A DNA stretch of 64,000 nt, taken from assembly GCA_035627595.1 (NCBI GenBank), contig DASPLK010000002.1:1824-65823 (forward strand), read 5' to 3'. The translations under genes and the position numbers were made by a program. Source of the DNA: Minisyncoccota bacterium (GTDB taxonomy: Bacteria > Patescibacteriota > Minisyncoccia > Phycocordibacterales > Phycocordibacteraceae). The notes under the pieces were generated by a model, which was given only the letters and a program-made list of their open reading frames with translations, had not been told where the DNA came from and did no database searches. Shown here piece after piece: positions 55,053 to 64,000 of the stretch. How positions within the stretch are numbered: position 1 is the stretch's first letter; every line of letters starts with the position of its first letter.

Positions 55053-58000
55053 ATGCGTAATACCAAAACGCTCACGCAGAAGACGTTTGCGGCATTCCAG
55101 CCGCCCCGCGTCCCGTTCCCAGATCTGGTAGGCCACCAGCGGGATTCGTTCAACTGGCTTTTGAAGGACGGCTTCATGGAACTCTTCAAGGAGTTTTCGC
55201 CGATCCCTGATTACTCAGGAAAGAAGTTCGAGCTCCGCATCGACGGGTTCGAGATAGGTGATCCTAAGGGTGACGAAGAGTCCGCGCGCGAGAATATGCG
55301 TACGTACGAGGTACCGCTCAAGGTATCCGTGACCCTTCTCAACAAGACCATGGGTACTGAAAAGACCCAGGAGATATTCCTCGCAGACATTCCGATGATG
55401 ACGCCACACGGCTCGTTCATCGTAAGTGGTGTCGAGCGCGCTATTGTTCCGCAGCTTGCTCGCTCCTTTGGCGCGTTCTTCGTTGCAGAGGAAGTGAAAG
55501 GAAAGAACTTCTTTGGCGCGAAGATCATCCCGAGCCGCGGTGTATGGATCGAGATCGAATCTGATGCTGATGGTGCGATCTACGTTAAGATCGATCGTAA
55601 GCGCAAGTTCCCAGTCTCCAACCTCCTCACCGTATTTGGTGCAGGCACTAAGGAAGATGTCCTTGCACGCTTTAAGGGCGACGCGGTCGCAACCGCTGCA
55701 ATGCAGGCGACTATCGCCCATGACACCGCGAACTCCCTGGAGGATGCGTATGTCGAGATTCACCGCCGCATGCGCGATGGTGATCTTGCTACCCCCGAGA
55801 ACGCCAAGCAGTACGTCAACGCGCTCTTTACCCCCGAGCGCTACGACCTCTCTAAGGTTGGACGCTACCGTCTCAATCAGCGCTTTGCTGGCAAGCTTGA
55901 TGCCAAGGCGCTTGCAGATCGCGTTCTTTCTCTCGATGATCTTACGAAGATCGTCGCTGAGATCGCGCGCATGAACCAGGATCCGAACGCGGTTCCGGAC
56001 GACATTGATCACCTCGGTTTCCGTCGCGTTCGTTTCGTCGGTGAGCTTCTCCAGGCGCGTATGCGCGTGGGTATGTCGCGTATGAAGCGCAACATTCAGG
56101 ACCGCATGAGTACTATTGAGAGCGAAACTTCGCTCCCGATGGCGTTCATTAATCCGCGCCCATTCCAGGCATCGGTTCGCGAGTTCTTCACTGCCAACCA
56201 GCTTTCGCAGTTCATGGACCAGCAGAATATTCTCGCTGAGCTTGAGAACATGCGTACGCTCTCAGCACTTGGTCCGGGTGGTCTCACCCGCGAGCGCGCA
56301 GGCTTTGAGGTTCGCGACGTGCACCCATCCCACTACGGTCGTCTCTGTCCAATCCATACTCCGGAAGGTCAGAACATCGGTCTTATCCTGCGTCTTGCAC
56401 TTCATGCACGCACGAATGAGTTTGGCGTCATCGAGACCCCGTACGCGGTTGTGAAAAACGGCGCAGTGACCGAAGAGGTCGTGTATCTCAACGCACTTGA
56501 GGAGGAGAGTCGTGTCATTGCGCACGGCGCAACGCCAATCGATGAAAAGGGACGCATCGTCCCGGATGTTATTGAGGCGCGAAAGAACGGCGAACCGGCA
56601 ATTGTGTCACGCAATGAGATTGATCTCATTGATGCATCAACCTACCAGATGTTCTCCGCAGCAACCGCGATGATTCCGTTCGTCGACCATGATGACGCGA
56701 ACCGTGCGCTCATGGGTTCGAACATGCAGAAACAGGCGACACCGGTCCTCGTTCCTGAGGCTCCGCTCGTTGCAACCGGTATAGAGGGTCATGCAGCTCG
56801 CAACACTGGCCGTCTCGTCATATCTGAGGATGCCGGCGAGGTTACCTATGTCGATGCGCGCAAGATCACCGTCGAGGGCGCAAAGGGCAAGAAGGAGTAC
56901 AAGCTCCAGGGTCTTACTCAGACCAACCAGAACTCTGCGTTTATGCAGCGTCCTTCGGTGCGCCTTGGAGACAAGGTGAAGAGGGGTGACGTGCTCGCGG
57001 ACAACTCCTCGACCGATCAGGGCCAGATGGCGCTTGGACAGAACGTCCGCGTCGCCTTCATGAGTTGGAGCGGTGCGAACTACGAGGACGCTATCATCGT
57101 GTCTGAGAGGCTCGTGGAGAACTCAAAGTTCACCACCATTCATATCGAGGACTTCGAGTGCGCCGTCCGCGATACGAAGCTTGGTCAGGAGGTAACTACG
57201 CATGACATCCCGAACGTCGGCGAATTGCGCCTTAAGAACCTCGACGAGGAAGGCGTTGTCCGCATCGGCGCAGAAGTACGTCCTGGCGACATTCTCGTCG
57301 GAAAGGTGACGCCTAAGGGCGAGACCCAGCTAACCCCAGAAGAGCGTCTTCTCCGCTCGATCTTCGGCGACAAGGCCAAGGACGTGAAGGACACCTCGCT
57401 CCGCATGGAGGGCGGCAAGCGCGGTCGCGTTATCGGAGTGCGCGTCTTCTCACGCGAGAAGGGCGACCAGCTCGAGAGCGGCATCATCAAGAAGATCGTA
57501 GTCACGGTCGCACAGGTCCGTAACGTATCGGTGGGTGATAAGCTCGCCGGACGCCACGGAAACAAGGGCGTTATCTCTCGCGTGCTTCCGGTCGAGGACA
57601 TGCCGTACGACAAGGACGGTAACCCTGTCGATGTCATCCTCACCCCGCTCGGCGTCCCGAGTCGTATGAACCTCGGACAGATTCTCGAGCTTCACCTCGG
57701 TCTTGCGGCAAACACCCTTAACTACCAAGCTATCGTTCCGCCGTTTGCAGGAGCTACCGCAGATGAGATTCGTAACGAGCTCGAGGCGGCAGGATTCGAC
57801 CGTTCCGGTAAGATGCAGCTCTTCGATGGCCGCACCGGTGCGGCGTTCGCACAGGCGATCTCCGTTGGCTACATGTACATCCTAAAGCTCCATCACATGG
57901 TGGAGGACAAGATCCACATGCGTTCCATTGGCCCGTACTCCCTTATCACCCAGCAGCCGCTCGGTGGAAAGGCGCAGAACGGCGGTCAGCGCTTTGGCGA

Positions 58001-58232
58001 AATGGAGGTGTGGGCACTCCTCGGATACGGTTCCGCGTACACGCTCCGCGAGATGCTCACCATCAAGTCTGACGACATCACAGGCCGCTCGGCGACCTTC
58101 GATGCAATCGTGAAGGGCGAACCGGTCTCCCATGCGGGAACCCCGGCATCGTTCTCCGTACTTACCAACCAGATCCGCGGTCTTGCGCTCGATATTGAGC
58201 CGCTCGCGCGCGATAACGACATGGACGCATAG
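55053..58232 (+). CDS. rpoB: RNA polymerase beta subunit
   Basis: LSQFMDQ, ALGPGGL.RERAGFEVRDVH.SHYGR.CP, GDKLAGRHGNKG and GGQRFGEMEVWAL motifs. Confidence 0.98.
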   Translation: MRNTKTLTQKTFAAFQPPRVPFPDLVGHQRDSFNWLLKDGFMELFKEFSPIPDYSGKKFELRIDGFEIGDPKGDEESARENMRTYEVPLKVSVTLLNKTMGTEKTQEIFLADIPMMTPHGSFIVSGVERAIVPQLARSFGAFFVAEEVKGKNFFGAKIIPSRGVWIEIESDADGAIYVKIDRKRKFPVSNLLTVFGAGTKEDVLARFKGDAVATAAMQATIAHDTANSLEDAYVEIHRRMRDGDLATPENAKQYVNALFTPERYDLSKVGRYRLNQRFAGKLDAKALADRVLSLDDLTKIVAEIARMNQDPNAVPDDIDHLGFRRVRFVGELLQARMRVGMSRMKRNIQDRMSTIESETSLPMAFINPRPFQASVREFFTANQLSQFMDQQNILAELENMRTLSALGPGGLTRERAGFEVRDVHPSHYGRLCPIHTPEGQNIGLILRLALHARTNEFGVIETPYAVVKNGAVTEEVVYLNALEEESRVIAHGATPIDEKGRIVPDVIEARKNGEPAIVSRNEIDLIDASTYQMFSAATAMIPFVDHDDANRALMGSNMQKQATPVLVPEAPLVATGIEGHAARNTGRLVISEDAGEVTYVDARKITVEGAKGKKEYKLQGLTQTNQNSAFMQRPSVRLGDKVKRGDVLADNSSTDQGQMALGQNVRVAFMSWSGANYEDAIIVSERLVENSKFTTIHIEDFECAVRDTKLGQEVTTHDIPNVGELRLKNLDEEGVVRIGAEVRPGDILVGKVTPKGETQLTPEERLLRSIFGDKAKDVKDTSLRMEGGKRGRVIGVRVFSREKGDQLESGIIKKIVVTVAQVRNVSVGDKLAGRHGNKGVISRVLPVEDMPYDKDGNPVDVILTPLGVPSRMNLGQILELHLGLAANTLNYQAIVPPFAGATADEIRNELEAAGFDRSGKMQLFDGRTGAAFAQAISVGYMYILKLHHMVEDKIHMRSIGPYSLITQQPLGGKAQNGGQRFGEMEVWALLGYGSAYTLREMLTIKSDDITGRSATFDAIVKGEPVSHAGTPASFSVLTNQIRGLALDIEPLARDNDMDA

Positions 58233-58254
58233 TCCTGTCCTAATCCACATTCCT

Positions 58255-61200
58255 ATGGCTACACCAAACAGCACCGGAAAGCGCAACCCAGGACCGCACG
58301 CGCGCGACTGGAACTCGCTACGTCTTTCGCTCGCAAGCCCGGAGCGTATCCTTGAATGGTCCCGCGGTGAAATCACCAAGCCGGAGACCATCAACTACCG
58401 CACCCAGCGTTCGGAGAAGCACGGCCTCTTCGATGAGAAGATCTTCGGTCCGGAGAAGGACTACGAGTGTTACTGCGGCAAGTACAAGGGCATTCGTTAT
58501 AAGGGCATCGTTTGTGATAAGTGTGGTGTTGAAATCACGCGTTCCATCGTCCGTCGCGAGCGTATGGGTCACATCGAGCTTGTTACTCCTGTTGCTCACA
58601 TCTGGTTCCTACGCTCGATGCCTTCTCGCATGGCGCTTCTTCTTGGCGTTCCTGCAACTGACCTGGAGAAGGTTATCTACTTCGCTGGCTACATCGTCAC
58701 GAAGGTAAACGAAGATGTGAAAAAGCGTCTTCTTAATGAGCTTGAGGCTGAATATAAGAGTAAGCACAAGGAGTGCGCAGACGATAAGCAGCGCGATGCT
58801 CTAAAGGAGCGCATGACGCTTGCTAAGCAGGAGATCGACACGATCGTTGTAGGTAAGGTATTCGATGAGATCGCATACCATCGCTACTCGGTTAAGTACG
58901 GCACACTGTTCGAGGCGCGTATTGGCGCAGAAGCCATCTACGACCTCTTCCGCGGACTTAAGATGGAGGAGCTCAAGACAAAGCTTGAAGAGCGTTACAC
59001 CAGCGCAGGCCAGGCAGAGAAGGAGAAGCTCGCAAAGCGCATCTCCCTTATCTCCAATATGCTTGCTGCTAAGACGCGCCCTGAGTGGATGTTCCTCACG
59101 AAGATTCCGGTCATCCCGCCAGCGCTTCGTCCGATGGTCGCACTTGAAGGTGGTCGCCATGCAACGTCTGACGTTAACGACCTATATCGTCGCGTCATCA
59201 ACCGCAATAACCGCTTGAAGAAGCTTCTTGATATTCACGCACCGGAGGTCATCCTTCGTAACGAGAAGCGCATTCTTCAAGAGGCAGTAGACGCGCTCCT
59301 TGATAACTCGATTAGGAAGTCAGGAGCTAACGCAGGTGCAATGACGCCAGCACAGCGTCGTCCTTTGAAGAGTCTCGCTGACTACCTCAAGGGTAAGCAG
59401 GGCTACTTCCGCCAGAACCTTCTCGGTAAGCGCGTCGACTACTCCGGCCGCTCCGTGATCGTGGTGGGTCCTGACCTTGAGCTTGATGAGTGCGGTCTTC
59501 CAAAACATATGGCGCTCGAGCTCTTCCGCCCGTTCGTCATCGCAGGACTTCTCTCGCGCGAGCTCGCCTTCAACATCCGTGGTGCAGGTCGCCTCATTGA
59601 AGACGGCGTACCAGAGGTGTGGGAGATCCTCGAAGAGGCTATCCAGGGCAAGTATGTGCTCCTCAACCGCGCGCCAACGCTTCACCGCCAGGGTATCCAG
59701 GCGTTCCGTCCTCGCCTTATCGAGGGTGATGCTATCCAGCTCCATCCGCTCGTCTGTCCGGCCTTCAACGCTGACTTCGATGGTGACCAGATGGCAATTC
59801 ACGTGCCGCTTTCAGAGGAGGCACAGTGGGAGGCAAAGAACGTCATGAGCGCGAACAAGAACATCTTGAAGCCGGGTTCAGGCGAAATGATTGTCATGAC
59901 CCAGAAGCCGCTTGATATCGTGCTTGGTACCTTCTGGCTCACCAAGGCCGTTCCAGGCGCAAAGGGTGAGGGCATGTACTTCGACTCTCCAAATGCGGCC
60001 ATCCTCGCGCACGAGTACGACGCTGTCGACTTGCGTGCAATGGTGAAAATTTTGCCTCGTGCAGACAAGGCGAAGTATGAGCAGTTCAATGGTGAGTTGT
60101 TTGAGACCACCGTCGGACGACTCTTGTTCAACACGGTCCTTCCAAGCGACTACCCATTCATCAACGATGCCATCACTAAGAAGGTGCTTTCCGGCATCAT
60201 GCATGACTGTATGATCCGCTACGGCATCGATGCGGTTCCGGGCATCGTCAACAAGGTTAAGCGCTTCGGATTCGAGTACGCTACCAAGTCAGGCGTGTCC
60301 TGGTCTATCGACGATGTGTCGGTCCCTGCAAAGAAGGGAGATATCATCGAAAGCGCTAAGACAAAGGTGACTAAGATTGAGGATGACTACCGCAACGGTC
60401 TTCTGACCGAGGAAGAGAAGCGCCGCATGGTTATTGAGATCTGGCACGGCGCAAAGACCGAAGTCGAGAAGGCTGTCGAGGAGCAGCTCGATCCGGCAGG
60501 CTCTGTCCATGACATGGTGCGCTCCGGCGCCCGCGGTACCTTGGGTAACCTTACCCAGATGGCCGGCATGAAGGGTCTCATCCAGAACACCGCCGGCGAG
60601 ACCATCGAGGTGCCGATCGTGTCCTCGATGACCGAGGGCCTCAACCCGGTCGAGTACTTCATGAGTACGCACGGAGCGCGTAAGGGTCTTACCGACACCG
60701 CGCTTGGAACCGCACGTGCAGGCTACCTTACCCGCCGCTTGTTCGACGTCGCGCAGGATTCCATCGTTACGGAAAGAGATTGTGGCACCAAGCGTGGTAC
60801 CGCTATCTCCCGTGTTTCAGCGTCGGGTATACGCATTGACTTCGCAGAGGCTATTCGTGGCAGGACGCTCTCCGCTGAGGTTGCTGACCTCTTCAAGAAG
60901 GGTCATTACCTCACCACAGAGGACTCGGTGAAGATCTCCGAATCAGATGTACAGGCGGTCACGGTTCGTTCGCCAATGGCATGTGAGACTCGCTACGGAA
61001 TCTGCGGTACCTGTTACGGTATGGATCTAACGACCCAGCAGCCGGTAGATCTCGGCGAGGCGGTTGGAACGGTCGCAGCACAGGCTATCGGCGAGCCGGG
61101 AACTCAGCTTACGATGCGTACCTTCCACGCTGGCGGTACGGCATCTGTGGGCGGCGATATTACCCAGGGTCTCCCACGTGTCGAGGAAATCTTCGAGAAG

Positions 61201-61971
61201 CGTTCGCCGAAGAATCCAGCTGTCATCTCTAAGACCGACGGTATGGTCACGGAGATCAGGGAGGAGGGCAGGGAGCGCATCATCGTGGTCGCTCCGGAAG
61301 CGGGTCAGGGCAAGAAGAACGGCGCCGCAATCGAGTACACTGCACCGCACCCGCGTATGGCGCTTGTTAAGGCTGGTGACGCAGTCGTACGAGGCCAGTT
61401 CCTCACCGACGGTTCCGCGGATCTTGACGATCTCTTCGAGTATGCGGGCCGCGCAGCGGTACAGGAGTACATCATTGCGGAGACCTCCAAGATCTACGAG
61501 CTTCAGGGTGCATCCGTGTCCCGTAAGCACCTCGAGGTCGTGGTCAAGCAGATGTTCTCCCGCGTTAAGATCACCGACACTGGCGATTCTGACTACTCGG
61601 TTGGCGATGTCGTCGAGCACTGGGAGTTCGCAGAATCGGTGAAGACTATGGAGGCAGAAGGGAAGATTGCGCCTAAGGCGCGTGAGATGGTCCTTGGTAT
61701 CAAGGAGTCCGCATTGTCTCGCCGCTCATTCCTTTCAGCTGCGTCCTTCGAGCAGACCACGAAGATTCTCATCAACGCAGCTCTCAAGGGCTCCGTCGAT
61801 ACGCTTCGCGGCCTCAAGGAGAATGTTATTCTCGGCCGCCTCATTCCGGCTGGTACGGGCTTTGCAGGAAGCAAGAAGCACGAGGCTATCTCGGAGCTTC
61901 AGGCAGAACGCGCAAAGCTTCGTCGCGAGATGGAGGAAGAGGCAGAGCGCCAGATGGCAGAAGCTGTCTAG
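58255..61971 (+). CDS. rpoC: RNA polymerase beta' subunit
   Basis: KPETINYRT, Zn-finger C.CGKYK...C.KC, NADFDGD and [13 protein letters not shown] motifs. Start at ATG 58255. Confidence 0.98.
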   Translation: MATPNSTGKRNPGPHARDWNSLRLSLASPERILEWSRGEITKPETINYRTQRSEKHGLFDEKIFGPEKDYECYCGKYKGIRYKGIVCDKCGVEITRSIVRRERMGHIELVTPVAHIWFLRSMPSRMALLLGVPATDLEKVIYFAGYIVTKVNEDVKKRLLNELEAEYKSKHKECADDKQRDALKERMTLAKQEIDTIVVGKVFDEIAYHRYSVKYGTLFEARIGAEAIYDLFRGLKMEELKTKLEERYTSAGQAEKEKLAKRISLISNMLAAKTRPEWMFLTKIPVIPPALRPMVALEGGRHATSDVNDLYRRVINRNNRLKKLLDIHAPEVILRNEKRILQEAVDALLDNSIRKSGANAGAMTPAQRRPLKSLADYLKGKQGYFRQNLLGKRVDYSGRSVIVVGPDLELDECGLPKHMALELFRPFVIAGLLSRELAFNIRGAGRLIEDGVPEVWEILEEAIQGKYVLLNRAPTLHRQGIQAFRPRLIEGDAIQLHPLVCPAFNADFDGDQMAIHVPLSEEAQWEAKNVMSANKNILKPGSGEMIVMTQKPLDIVLGTFWLTKAVPGAKGEGMYFDSPNAAILAHEYDAVDLRAMVKILPRADKAKYEQFNGELFETTVGRLLFNTVLPSDYPFINDAITKKVLSGIMHDCMIRYGIDAVPGIVNKVKRFGFEYATKSGVSWSIDDVSVPAKKGDIIESAKTKVTKIEDDYRNGLLTEEEKRRMVIEIWHGAKTEVEKAVEEQLDPAGSVHDMVRSGARGTLGNLTQMAGMKGLIQNTAGETIEVPIVSSMTEGLNPVEYFMSTHGARKGLTDTALGTARAGYLTRRLFDVAQDSIVTERDCGTKRGTAISRVSASGIRIDFAEAIRGRTLSAEVADLFKKGHYLTTEDSVKISESDVQAVTVRSPMACETRYGICGTCYGMDLTTQQPVDLGEAVGTVAAQAIGEPGTQLTMRTFHAGGTASVGGDITQGLPRVEEIFEKRSPKNPAVISKTDGMVTEIREEGRERIIVVAPEAGQGKKNGAAIEYTAPHPRMALVKAGDAVVRGQFLTDGSADLDDLFEYAGRAAVQEYIIAETSKIYELQGASVSRKHLEVVVKQMFSRVKITDTGDSDYSVGDVVEHWEFAESVKTMEAEGKIAPKAREMVLGIKESALSRRSFLSAASFEQTTKILINAALKGSVDTLRGLKENVILGRLIPAGTGFAGSKKHEAISELQAERAKLRREMEEEAERQMAEAV

Positions 61972-61982
61972 CAAAGAGTGTT

Positions 61983-62018
61983 ATAGCAAAAGGCCCGCAC
62001 ATGCGGGCCTTTTGCTAT
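61983..62018. terminator. Bidirectional terminator after rpoC
   Basis: atagcaaaaggcccgca-ca-tgcgggccttttgctat. Confidence 0.85.
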
Positions 62019-62022
62019 TTCA

Positions 62023-62048
62023 AAGGCCGCGTCAGATGACGCGGCCTT
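62023..62048 (-). terminator. Second hairpin, at the 3' end of the alpha-CTD-like gene
   Basis: aaggccgcgtca-ga-tgacgcggcctt. Confidence 0.65.
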
Positions 62049-62057
62049 GTTGTTTCG

Positions 62058-62273
62058 CTACTCACGAAGCCGATGCGGGATCTGGTGCTGGTCGAGCTCT
62101 TCGGCGAGGATTCGTATCTTGTCTGCGCCAAGACCCTTGATCTGGCGAAGGGTGGTGCCCTCACAGTTCGCGAGCTTCCTCACTGTCGTTAGCCCGTATT
62201 GCTCGAGCAAATCCTTGAGGTACTGGGTGATGCCCAAGTCCCTGACGAGACTTGAGACTCGAATTTTAGTCAT
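62058..62273 (-). CDS. Stand-alone RNA polymerase alpha-CTD-like (HhH) protein (SD-led orphan)
   Basis: V.DLGI.....D.L...G.TTV..L.......L.QIKGLG...I..L pattern; AAAGGAG 6 nt before the ATG; upstream TTGACA. Confidence 0.7.
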   Translation of the reverse strand: MTKIRVSSLVRDLGITQYLKDLLEQYGLTTVRKLANCEGTTLRQIKGLGADKIRILAEELDQHQIPHRLRE

Positions 62274-62363
62274 GGCAATCTCCTTTCAACTAGGGGGAGT
62301 TAAATACGTAGCAGGGGATCTGTCAAATGAAGCCAGACGGAAAAGAGGGTACACTAGGGGTAC

Positions 62364-64000
62364 ATGCCCGATACGGTCCAGCAGGTAAAAGATAAGCTCA
62401 CCATCCAAGAGGTGGTGGCGCCGTACGTGAAGCTCACAAAGTCCGGCCGCTACCTGAAAGGGCTTTCGCCCTTCACGAAGGAAAAGACCCCGTCATTCTT
62501 TGTGAACCCGGAACGCAACTCCTATTACTGCTTCTCCACGAGCCAGGGTGGCGACATCTTCACATTTATCGAGAAGATGGAGGGCGTGGATTTCAAGGGA
62601 GCGCTAAAGATTCTTGCAGAAAAGGCGGGCGTTGAGGTTGTGTATGAGAAGGGTGGCAATGATAACAAAGGGAAGCTCGACAGGCTTCGTGAGGCGATGG
62701 CGCGAGCGGAGCAGAAGTACGTGGAGCACCTGGACCCCAAGGGTGCTGCATACTCATATGCGAAGTCGCGCGGACTTACAGACGAGACCATTAGGAATTG
62801 GAGCATCGGCTACGCGTCTGATGCGTGGCGCACATTGCTTGAGGAACTTACTGCAGCAGGATTCGCAACAAGGGAAATGGAGGCTGCAGGACTCATCAAG
62901 GAGGCTGACGAAAAGCGCGGTACCTTCTATGACCGTTTCCGGAATCGCCTCATGTTCCCAATTAAGGACATTGCTGGCCGCACGGTAGCCTTCACTGGCC
63001 GCTCTTTGGATCCGAATGATCAGGCGAAGTACTTAAACTCACCGGAAACAGATCTCTATAAAAAATCGGAAATACTTTTTGGCCTCGATAAGGCCAAGGA
63101 TGCGATACGTCAGCGTGGGTTCGCTATTCTTGTGGAAGGGCAGTTCGACCTTATACTCCTCCACCAGATTGGCTTTGCAAACACCATCGCGCTTTCCGGT
63201 ACCGCGCTTACCGACCGACATATTGCGCTCATCAAGCGCTACGCAGATAACCTTATGCTCGCATTGGATGCTGATAGGGCAGGACTCGCCGCAAGTGCCA
63301 AGAGCGCACACGCAGCCCTGTCTGCAGGTATGCGTGTAAAGGCAGTTCGGCTCCCTCTGGGAAAGGATCCTGCAGATATCGCAAATGAAGATCCTAAAGA
63401 GTTTACTCGGCTCGTTAAAGATGCGGAGTCTATTGTTGAATTCTTCCTATCAGTTCTGGCTTCTTCCGAGACCGATTCGCACAAACTCGTGATCGCGGTC
63501 GAGAAGACGGTACTGCCTTTGGTCGCGGCTATCCCGTCTGCTCTAGAGCGGGAGCACTTCGTGGGTGTTATATCCCGGGCACTTGGGACGACGCCGGACG
63601 CAGTGCGTGCAGGGCTACCGAAAGGAGATCGCCCCACCTCCTCATCGACCGCTCAGAAATCTGCTCCTCAATCGTCTACTTCAATGACGCCCAGAGATCA
63701 GCGCGCCATCCTTGTTCGTGCTATCATCCATAGCTACCCAGACCTTGCCATTGCGAAACGCTTGACGAGCGAGTATAGTCGTATTACTGGAGCAGCGTTA
63801 CCGGAGGAGCCTCCTCCCGAGCGCGCCCTTTTTGAGGCCGGACTTGCCTTCGGGGAGTCGCCACGAGAAACAGAAGCAGATGATCTTGTTCGCGCGTTCG
63901 AGCACGCCGTATTAAGCGAACGGCTTAATGACGCGACTATGCGCCTTCGGCTAGCCGAAGCTGCACGGAACGAATCGGAGATCGCCCAGCTATCGAAGCT
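62364..64000 (+). CDS. dnaG: DNA primase (3'-truncated by the window edge; absent from the ORF track)
   Basis: My translation gives MPDTVQQVK...EKTPSF...GGDIF, YDRFRNRLMFPI, KYLNSPET, VEGQFD, LDADRAG and GKDPAD; the frame runs to the window end. Confidence 0.95.
   Translation, partial: MPDTVQQVKDKLTIQEVVAPYVKLTKSGRYLKGLSPFTKEKTPSFFVNPERNSYYCFSTSQGGDIFTFIEKMEGVDFKGALKILAEKAGVEVVYEKGGNDNKGKLDRLREAMARAEQKYVEHLDPKGAAYSYAKSRGLTDETIRNWSIGYASDAWRTLLEELTAAGFATREMEAAGLIKEADEKRGTFYDRFRNRLMFPIKDIAGRTVAFTGRSLDPNDQAKYLNSPETDLYKKSEILFGLDKAKDAIRQRGFAILVEGQFDLILLHQIGFANTIALSGTALTDRHIALIKRYADNLMLALDADRAGLAASAKSAHAALSAGMRVKAVRLPLGKDPADIANEDPKEFTRLVKDAESIVEFFLSVLASSETDSHKLVIAVEKTVLPLVAAIPSALEREHFVGVISRALGTTPDAVRAGLPKGDRPTSSSTAQKSAPQSSTSMTPRDQRAILVRAIIHSYPDLAIAKRLTSEYSRITGAALPEEPPPERALFEAGLAFGESPRETEADDLVRAFEHAVLSERLNDATMRLRLAEAARNESEIAQLSK

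Noticed and set aside
33706-62058. Orphan cassettes as integron gene cassettes
   Set aside because: The 3' hairpins lack the RYYYAAC...GTTRRRY attC ends, the cassettes are not arrayed, and no integrase is present.

Overview
A 64-kb chromosomal window (genetic code 11) from a reduced-genome bacterium. Several traits point to Patescibacteria/CPR, probably Parcubacteria (inference): trimmed PheS, PheT, ThrS and RF1, a NusB-NUDIX fusion, a short SMC, many dispersed type IV pilins, and S74-chaperone, CARDB and PKD surface proteins. Contents: the 3' end of a fibre-like surface protein; a glycolysis/pentose-phosphate cluster; a cell-surface cluster (lytic transglycosylase plus paralogous CARDB proteins); translation genes; tRNA-Thr; a sortase locus; gyrB, thrS, dnaE, rnhB, rnc, smc, gdhA, rnr, rpsP-khpA-trmD, rpoBC and a partial dnaG. 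No rRNA, CRISPR array, integrase, transposase or reverse transcriptase was seen. The most striking pattern is a two-tier gene-start architecture. About 20 native transcription units have a (TGn)TAnnnT -10 element only 6-10 nt upstream of the ATG, implying leaderless mRNA, and the native operon-internal genes I checked have no Shine-Dalgarno (SD) sequence. In contrast, seven single orphan genes wedged between housekeeping genes each carry an SD and their own 3' hairpin, and they share leader motifs in pairs. They include a Mu Gam-like protein, a solo DnaA domain IV, a solo RNA polymerase alpha-CTD-like protein and a polybasic peptide. Several start codons were moved from the ORF track to the ATG supported by these signals. 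All product calls come from motif recognition by eye; no database search was run.
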